Shown: positions 55,393 to 64,000 of the stretch, piece after piece
Position numbering within the stretch: the first letter of the stretch is position 1
Layout: each line of letters opens with the position of its first letter
Notes under the pieces: model-generated
Seen by the model: the letters and a program-made list of their open reading frames with translations, nothing else
What the model was told of the DNA's origin: nothing
Database searches by the model: none
DNA from: Octopus sinensis
Lineage: Eukaryota
Length of the DNA: 64,000 nucleotides
Direction: 5' to 3'
NCBI RefSeq assembly: GCF_006345805.1
Contig: NC_043006.1
Span: 13,702,001 to 13,766,000, forward strand
Translations under genes and position numbers: made by a program

Positions 55393-55848
55393 TATTTATA
55401 TTATATAGAGGGCATTATTACACATAAATGCCGCACGCTAGGAGGGACTCTTAAAGTCAAAAATTTCACCGGAATAATTCAATACTGAATTTTTGTTCCG
55501 AAGAAGCACGTTGTTACTGAAATGTAATTCGAAAAAGCCCGCCATTTACATAGATGTATAAGGGGTGAACAGTTCTATATGCTACGGTGGATACGATGGT
55601 TGTTCGTCTGGTATGTTGATTTTTTTCTTTCATTATAAATCTTGAATTCGCTGTACTGACGAGTAAGGGACGCAGCCAATGCGTTGATTACAAAATCACT
55701 GGTGATCTGCAGCTAAATTCTGTTTTTAAATGACATGCTTCGAGACTTGCATTCGGTACGATATGTTTATTTTGGTAGTTTTGACTTTAAGAGTTCCTCC
55801 TAGCGTGCGGCATTTATGTGTAATAATGCCCTCTATATAATATAAATA
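55393..55848. mobile_element. MITE-like element with 70-bp TIRs
   Basis: Arms 55393-55462 and 55779-55848, one mismatch. Confidence 0.7.
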
Positions 55849-55929
55849 TATATATATAAGAATTTTTGCGTAATAAGATAAAAACCAAGGCTGTATAGAT
55901 ACGAGTATTAGAGCATTTATAGATAGAAG

Positions 55930-55981
55930 GTCTTACAGCTGTTTCTAGGATATTAATTAATAATATCCCTTCATTGGAGAC
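55930..55981 (-). ncRNA. Decayed hammerhead-like motif
   Basis: GTCT-CCAATGA-A-GGGATATT..AATATCCT-A-GAAA-CAGCTG-TA-AGAC; core positions 4-5 are mutated. Confidence 0.4.
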
Positions 55982-56342
55982 GGTGTGAGAGGAAAGTTAA
56001 GTCATAGTTTAGATAGGATACAAAATAGAGACTGAGGTGGAGGAAAGAAAATAGATGCAAGATATGTATGGGCATTGAAGTTGTAAATCCGTTTTATACG
56101 CATAATGGTATATATATGCAATATTCCAATATCCTTTGAGTAAAATCAAAAATTCATACAGAGTCCTTCCAAATATAGAGTTTATAAGCAATGTAAGATT
56201 CCCTTACGATTGAGATCCAGTAGATTTTTAAACGTGGTCATTCCCAGTGGGGAATTTATATACAAATCTTTGTCTCTGCAACACTGTATGTAAATTTCTA
56301 CAGGGAATGACCAAGTTTAAAGATTTTCACATTTATCATATA

Positions 56343-56756
56343 TACTCTTTTACTCTTTACTCTTTTACTTGTTTCAGTCATTTGACAGCGGCCATGCTGG
56401 AGCACCGCCTTTAGTCGAGCAAATCGACCCCGGGACTTATTCTTTGTAAGCCCAGTACTTATTCTATCGGTCTCTTTTTTGCCGAACCGCTAAGTAACGG
56501 GGACGTAAACACACCGGCATCGGTTGTCAAGCAATGCTAGGGGGACAAATACAGACACACAAACACACACACATATATATATATACATATATACGACAGG
56601 CTTCTTTCAGTTTCCGTCAACCAAATCCACTCACAAGGCATTGGTCGGCCCGGGGCTATAGCAGAAGAGACTCGCCCAAGATGCCACGCAGTGGGACTGA
56701 ACCCGGAACCATGTGGTTGGTTAGCAAGCTACTTACCATACAGCCACTCCTGCGCC
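56343..56756 (-). mobile_element. SINE family A
   Basis: As the other A copies. Confidence 0.9.
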
Positions 56757-56800
56757 TTATATATATTTTGGGAAAATTGTATTTCAATGAAAGTGAATAC

Positions 56801-56843
<43 letters not shown>

Positions 56844-57206
56844 ATTAAAGAAAGTAAAAAATAAAACAAAAATGATCGTGTTCAGTATGCTGACCACAGG
56901 AATTTCTGTCCAAGAAAGATGTACATCATCTCCCTCTTTCTCTCTTACTATTACTCCCAATACTACTTTAAATAAAACATCGTCAATTATCCCTAAATTT
57001 CTTTGTCTCTCTTTTCTCCCTCTCCTTCGATCTCTTTCTCTCTCTCGCTCTCTCTCTCCCTCTCTCTGTCCTCGCCACTGCCCTCACCGTCTCTATGTCT
57101 ACTATTACTCTCATCCCAGCACGATGAAGTGTCATTGAATAGTGAGAGAGAGGGACAAAGTGTGACACACTGACACACAGAAATTAGTTTTCGCATTTAT
57201 TATATT

Positions 57207-57253
<47 letters not shown>

Positions 57254-57781
57254 GATTCATGTGTAAGTGTGAGGAGGGGGTCTTTGCCTTGGGTCTTCAA
57301 CTCTGTACTCGGGTCGTAGGGGCGACGTTATGTCATAGGCGTGTCACGGGTGTTTCTAGCACGGCGGAATCGATCACTCTCCATGTCTGAGCACAGCTGT
57401 TCCCCATCCCCAGAAACAGGAAGTTAGATAGTTAGGCACAGGAATAACGTAACGGAAAGGGAGAATTTCATCCTACTACAAGGCTCGCACTTATTTAGTG
57501 GCCCCTAAACTGTTGAAACGCACAGTTGGTCTTTGAGGAATTTGAATTTTTGGCGCACACAGTAGGAGCGATCACCACAAAGAAATCTATCCAACACATT
57601 AGCGACTGCCAGTAAATACGCGTACGCGCGCACACATGTATATTTCTGTATATACATACACACATGTGTAAATATATAGATATAATTACATACACACACA
57701 TATGAATATATAGATAGCTTGCTAACTGGATAGATAGATAGACAGACAGACAAACAGACAGATAGATAGATAGATAGATAT

Positions 57782-57818
<37 letters not shown>

Positions 57819-57851
57819 CAGATAGAAAGATAGATATGTATGTATAAATAA

Positions 57852-58024
<173 letters not shown>

Positions 58025-58175
58025 CATATATATATATATATATATACATACATACTAATACATAATAGGTGCGGATATACGAATGTATATGTACATACAT
58101 ACACACACACGCATATATATAAGTGCATGTTTGTATGTATATATTCATACGTATACATATAAATACGCACAACAT

Positions 58176-58249
<74 letters not shown>

Positions 58250-58651
58250 CTCACATTAGTTTTCATATTTTCATTTCATGAATGCTAATTGCTTCATTAA
58301 GTTGGCAAGCTTTGCTAAGCTGTACTTGAATTATTTTTTTCACACACTTTGAATAAGTATTTAGAAATCATATTTTTACTTTTTAAATATTTTAATATTT
58401 CTCTCAACTTACGCCTTTTGCGCAATAGTTGCGTAACATTAAAACTATTAGAGCTCTCCAAAGTAACGAATATGACAATGTTTACAAATATTTAATATCA
58501 ATTATTAATATTTAAGTTAATGATTAGATGATCAAAGACGGAAAATTAAGAAAATTCTGGAAATGGTGACTAAGCAAGAATCTAAAGCTGTGCATAATAC
58601 ATATATCTGTATTGTTTTGAAATAATAATAATAATGATGATGATGATGATG

Positions 58652-58717
<66 letters not shown>

Positions 58718-58732
58718 GTAATAATATTTGTG

Positions 58733-58897
58733 GTTGGAACCTACATACATTGGAAGCTATGCCAACATTATGGAATAACAACAGAAAAAAGATGGTATAG
58801 GCACACACCAGAAAAGGTCACAGAAAACGAGAAAGCAACCATACTCTGGGATATGCCGATACACACAGATAGAGAAATTAAGGCCAACAGATCAGAT
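58733..58897 (+). mobile_element. R4/Dong-like fragment
   Basis: VGTYIHWKLC...ILWDMPIHTDREIKANRSD, preceded by (TAA)n. Confidence 0.8.
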
Positions 58898-58929
58898 ACA
58901 GATATGTATGTATGTGTATACACAGACAG

Positions 58930-59480
58930 ACACACACACAGCTCTGTGTGCCTTGGGTATGTGCTGTGATTTGTTGTGATGCTCTGATGGTTATTGTATG
59001 GAAAGTGTTCTGCGTAGGATGTGTGCAGTGCCTAGTAGTGCAATTTTCTGTATGTTATATGTGTTTGTAAGTCCTGGTGTTTTTGTTATGTATTTGTCTG
59101 AATATTCTTTTATCATGCCTAATGCACCTACTATGATAGGAATTGTTTCTGTTTTTAGATTCCACATTCTAGTTACCTCTATTTCCCGGTCTTTGTATTT
59201 TGAGAGTTTCTCCATTTCTTTTAGAGACATGTTGTCATCTGCCGGTATTGATACATCAATTAGAAAGCATTTTTTTTCTTCATGATCTCTGACAACTATA
59301 TCTGATCTGTTGGCCTTAATTTCTCTATCTGTGTGTATTGGCATATCCCAGAGTATGGTTGCTTTCTCGTTTTCTGTGACCTTTTCTGGTGTGTGCATAT
59401 ACCATCTTTTTTCTGTTGTTATTCCATAATGTTGGCATAGTTTCCAGTGTATATAGGTCCCAACTCTGTCGTGTCTGTGA
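58930..59480 (-). mobile_element. R4/Dong-like 3' portion (restriction-like endonuclease)
   Basis: ILWD..HTDREIKANRSDIVV...LIDVSIP...IPIIVGALG...KIALLGTAHILRRTL. Confidence 0.88.
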
Positions 59481-59489
59481 ATATATTCC

Positions 59490-59556
<67 letters not shown>

Positions 59557-59559
59557 TTT

Positions 59560-60745
59560 TTTTTCTTCTTTCAAATTTGCTTCCATTTCTTGCCGAGTGT
59601 CTTCCCGACTCCTAGGGCAAAGAAACTCATAGTATACATTGGTAGTCCATTAAACCAAACTCAGTAGTTCGTTCATTTTTTTTATTTATTTTTTTTTTAA
59701 AGTTAAATTAAAATACATGAGCAGCAACAGTTCTCACATCGACAATGCTCTTCTCAATACGTGTGATGTACCAGTTAAGACAATCTTTTGCACTTCTTGC
59801 AGGGATGGTAAGCCAGGGATCATTCTCATATAATTTTCGGTTCCCTTCTTGATCATTCCTAGTGCTCCTACGATCACTGGTATTGTAACCGCCTTGAGAT
59901 GCCACATTTTCTCAATTTCAATGAGTAGGTCTTTATATTTTCTGACTTGTCAAACTCTTTCGCTGAGATATTATGATCACAGGGGATGCTCATGTCGATC
60001 AATAAGCAAACTTTATTGTTTTGGTCTTTCACAACAATATCTGGTTTATTGGCCTTGATGGTTCGGTCTGTATGTACTGGAAAGTCCCACAGAATGGTTA
60101 CATTTTCTCCTTCAGTTACAGCCTCAGGGTGGTGATTATACCACTTGTCGGCAGTTTTGATATTGTAATGCCGACTTATTAGCCAGTGGAGATATTGGCC
60201 AACTCTGTCATGTCTTAATTTATATTCCACTGGTGCTAAGACTTTACATCCAGAAATTAGGTAGTCCACTGTTTCAATCATGTCGTTGCAGAATCGGCAT
60301 TTTGGGTCTGCTCCATTTTTCATCACATTGGCCTGGTAGTTCCGTGTTAATAGGCTTTGATCTTGAGCAGCCAGGATGAAACCTTCGCTCTCTGCTTTTA
60401 GCCCTGAGCTCCGTAGGCACTGATGGGTTTGCTTCTGGTCAACATCAGCTTGTTTGCTGCGGGTCACATATTTGCCGTGCAGAGGTTTCTCCTCCCACCT
60501 ATCAGCCAATTGCTCGTGCGCTTTCTTCATTGCCATCATTTTCACCTTCTTTGCAACAATAGTTGCCGTACTTCCCTCGGGTTGTTCAGTTTGGGTATCC
60601 TGCACGAGATCAATAGCAACTTTTTTGCTTTCCTTTATGATAGAATGAAGCTTCTTTCGTCTCTCGTGATTTTCCACGAGCTTTAGCATCCAGTCATTCG
60701 ATATTTCGAGATATTTGGCCAGTCCAATTGTGGTTGTTTTGTAAG
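59560..60745 (-). mobile_element. R4/Dong-like 3' portion (C-terminal zinc-knuckle region + RLE)
   Basis: WEEKPLHG, AAQDQSLLTRNY, CRFC..ETVDYLISGC..RHDRV and ILWDF..HTDRTIKANKPDIVV, with a 3' UTR. Flanked by (TAA)n. Confidence 0.9.
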
Positions 60746-60748
60746 CTA

Positions 60749-60809
<61 letters not shown>

Positions 60810-60813
60810 TATA

Positions 60814-60856
<43 letters not shown>

Positions 60857-60871
60857 TATTATTATTATTAT

Positions 60872-61905
60872 ATCTTTGACTTTTGCTTTGTATTTGTACA
60901 AGTTGGCTCCAAGTCTCACCCCCCAGACCTCAGGAGACAACAAGTTAGAAATTTATGTTGGTGTTATTCCTAGGGTGTCATATATTTGGTTTTGTATTTA
61001 GTGTTGTTCTAGAAAATGTTTAAGATAACATAAGAAGAACATTATAAGCTTGTTTCAAAATTTGAGGTTACACAGACAGTATTTTACGTAGAAGGGCAGT
61101 TCTCGGGAATTTCTGCCATTTTGGGGTTTACTGTCATCTGAACTAGGTAGCAATCAGCTCCTTTTGCTATCATTCCCAGGGCACCTATGACTACAGGTAC
61201 TGTTTTAGTCTTGAGGTTCCACATTTTGCCAATTTCTGTTTCAAGATCTTTATATTTCTCAGTATTTGGTAGGTCTTGACAGATACGTTTATATCGATTG
61301 GGACAGTCATATCAATGAGGTGGCATGATTTCTGTCTGAAGTTTTTCAATATGATGTCTGGCCTATTCGCATCTATCTTTCTGTCAGTTTGAATGGTGAA
61401 GTTCAAGAGGAGTGAGATGTGATCATTTTCAAGCACTGGGGGTGGTTTGTGTTCCCACCAGTTTTTATCATGGGAAGGTCCAGGTTTTTGCAAATTACCC
61501 AATGAATATATAGTGCAGCTCTATCATGCCTGCTGGGATACTCTGTAGGCGCAAGAAGACTGCACATGGAGACAACATGATCAATATTTTCATTTTGTTG
61601 TTGACATACACGACATGTTGGGCAGCTACGGTTCTTTAATATGTTGGCCAGAAGACACTAACCACTGATTGGTATGAGCTTTGTCAGCATCGACAGTGCT
61701 AGATTCTTTTGGTATTTGCCATTGAGAGGTTATTCTTGTCATTTATCAGTAAGAAAATCTAAAGCAGCAGTTTTAGCATGGGTTTTCATACACCTAGCTT
61801 TTTCTGCACTTGTTTCTAGTGCGTCTAATTCTTCTGTTTTACTTGTATTTGGAATTCCCTTAGATATTCCTTTGCCTGTTTTGTTACTGAGTAATGTTTT
61901 GTAAC
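60872..61905 (-). mobile_element. R4/Dong-like 3' portion, decayed third subfamily
   Basis: WWEHKPPPVLEND...TDRKIDANRPDII...LIDMTVP. Confidence 0.8.
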
Positions 61906-61910
61906 TGAAC

Positions 61911-61989
<79 letters not shown>

Positions 61990-62031
61990 ATTATTATTAT
62001 TATTATTATCATTATTATTATTAAAAACCGT

Positions 62032-62392
62032 AAAATTAAAAGAAGAGTGCTATTTTGTTATCTAGTGAACGATATTTCGACATCATGTGTGTTTTCAACT
62101 GGTTTAAAAAATAAATTTGTCAATCTACTTCATTTCGGTTAATATAGAAAGGATTGAGGTAACACCTCCTGAAGATATAGAGTCAAAATTAAAAGAAGAG
62201 TGCTATTGTTATCTAGTGAACGATATTTCGACATCTTGCGTGTATTCAACTAGTTCAAAAAATAAATTTGTCAATCTACTTCATTTTGGTTAATATAGAA
62301 AGGATTGAGGTAACTCCTCCTGAAGGTATAGTGTCAAGATTAAAAGAGTGCCATTGTTATCTAGTGAAGATATTTCGACATCTTGTGTGATT
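62032..62392. repeat. ~152-bp tandem repeat, 2.4 copies
   Basis: Unit starts at 62032, 62185 and 62336. Confidence 0.9.
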
Positions 62393-62401
62393 TTTCTTTC
62401 A

Positions 62402-62467
<66 letters not shown>

Positions 62468-62479
62468 TTATCATTATTC

Positions 62480-62695
62480 AGTAGTTTTATTTTTATAGCG
62501 TGCTTTCACTTCACTACCGAGCACAGCTCTGTGTGCCTTGGGTATATGCTGTGATTTGTTGTGATACTCTGAAGGTTACTGTATGGAAAGTGCTCTGCGT
62601 AGGATGTGTGCAGTGCCTAGTAGTGCAATTTTCTGTATGTTATATGTGTTTGTAAGTCTTGGTGTTTTTGTTATGTATTTGTCTGAATATCTTTT
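62480..62695 (-). mobile_element. R4/Dong-like extreme 3' end
   Basis: Near-identical to 58925-59110; flanked by (TAA)n. Confidence 0.85.
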
Positions 62696-62910
62696 TATTA
62701 TTATTATCATTATTATTATTATTATTTTCATTAGAATCTTTCAATTCTGTTTCCATTTCTTGCCGAATGTCCTCCCGACACCCAGAGAAGAGAAGTGCAT
62801 CAACACACCAAATTGTCCATTTACAAAGTCATGTGACAGAGAAAAGTGGGAGGAAAGACAGAGAGATAAAATAAAAGATAAACATAACAAAATAAACAAC
62901 AAATTAAACA

Positions 62911-63037
62911 TAGGCAGAGGGGTGGCTCTGTGGTAAGACGCTTGCTTCTCAACCACATGGTTCCGTGCCACCTTGGGCAAGTGTATTCTACTATAGCCTC
63001 GGGCCGACCAAAGTTTTGTGAGTGGATTTGGTATACA

Positions 63038-63071
<34 letters not shown>

Positions 63072-63237
63072 AATGTATGTATGTATGTATGTATGTATGT
63101 GTGTATTTATGTATGTATGTATGTATGTATGTATGTATGTATGTATGTATGTATGTATGTATGCATGTATGTATGTATGTATGTATGCATGTATGTATGT
63201 ATGTATGTATGTATGTATGTATGTATGTATGTATGTG

Positions 63238-63269
<32 letters not shown>

Positions 63270-63545
63270 TGTGTATATGTATGTATGTATGTATGCATGT
63301 ATGTATGCGTGTGTGTGTGTGTGTATATGTTTGTGTGTCTGTGTTTGTCCCCCCAACATCGCTTGACAACCGATGCTGGTGTATTTACGTCCACGTCACT
63401 TAACGGTTCGGCAAAAGAGCCGATAGAATAAGCACTAGGCTTACAAAGAATAAGCTCTGAGCTCGATTTTCTCGACTAAATGCGGTGCTCCAGCATGGCC
63501 ACAGTCAAATGAGTGAAACAAGTAAAAGAATAAAAGAATAAAGAA
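62911..63545 (+). mobile_element. SINE family A with an expanded internal (TATG)n
   Basis: Internal tract of ~300 bp. Confidence 0.88.
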
Positions 63546-63574
63546 AATAAAGGGGTAAAAGAAAAAGAAAATTC

Positions 63575-64000
63575 GCAGCGACAATGCTCTTCTCAATACG
63601 TGTGACGTACCAGTTAAGACAATCTTTTGCACTTCCTGCACGGTTGGTAAACCAGGGATCATTCTTAAATAATATTCAGTTCCTTTTTGGATCATTCCTA
63701 GTGCTCCTGCAATCACTGGTATTGTAAACCTCTTGAGATGCCATATCTTGTTGATTTCAAAGAGCAAGTCTTTATATTTTCTGAGCTTATCAAATTCTTT
63801 TGCCGAGATGTTACGGTCACAATGTATGCTCATTTCAATCAATAAACAGACTTTATTGTTTTGGCCTTTCACAACAATATCTAGTTTATTTGCTTCTTAC
63901 ATCATTCATGCAGAGGTTTTTGTTCCCACCTATCAGCCAATTGTTCAAATGCTTTGCTATTGATTTAGCATTCTTCGCAACTACATTTGCTGTACTTCCA
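63575..64000 (-). mobile_element. R4/Dong-like fragment with internal deletion
   Basis: KVCLLIEMSI..VIAGALGMI..KIVLTGTSHVLRRAL. Homologous to 59715-60560 but missing ~400 bp. Confidence 0.85.

Overview
AT-rich, repeat-saturated eukaryotic DNA, almost certainly octopus. This rests on recalled octopus tRNA-derived SINE families and dense (TA)n/(GATA)n/(TATG)n/(TAA)n microsatellites; the species cannot be fixed. No host protein-coding exon could be supported, and most ORF-track entries are microsatellite or SINE read-throughs. Contents: a near full-length CR1-type LINE with an intact 1011-aa endonuclease+RT ORF2 (37.6-41.5 kb, minus); a 5'-truncated CR1 with an uninterrupted RT frame (21.4-23.1 kb); three TIR-to-TIR mariner elements; several decayed Penelope-like (RT/GIY-YIG) elements; a chain of R4/Dong-like RLE retrotransposon fragments in (TAA)n tracts (58.6-64 kb); an RTE fragment; Helitron/Helentron, hAT-like and piggyBac-like ends; about 35 SINEs; and several fold-back inverted repeats. 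The most notable unexplained layer is about ten type I hammerhead-ribozyme-like motifs of Penelope style. They include two unrelated motifs with the compensatory U3-A8 core, a family with a 95-135 nt structured stem II, and a family with U at core position 6. A second candidate is an HIV-type U UUU UUA slippery site plus hairpin in the -1 overlap of the LINE ORF1/ORF2, where ORF2 has no upstream AUG. All family names come from motif recognition by eye, not from database searches.
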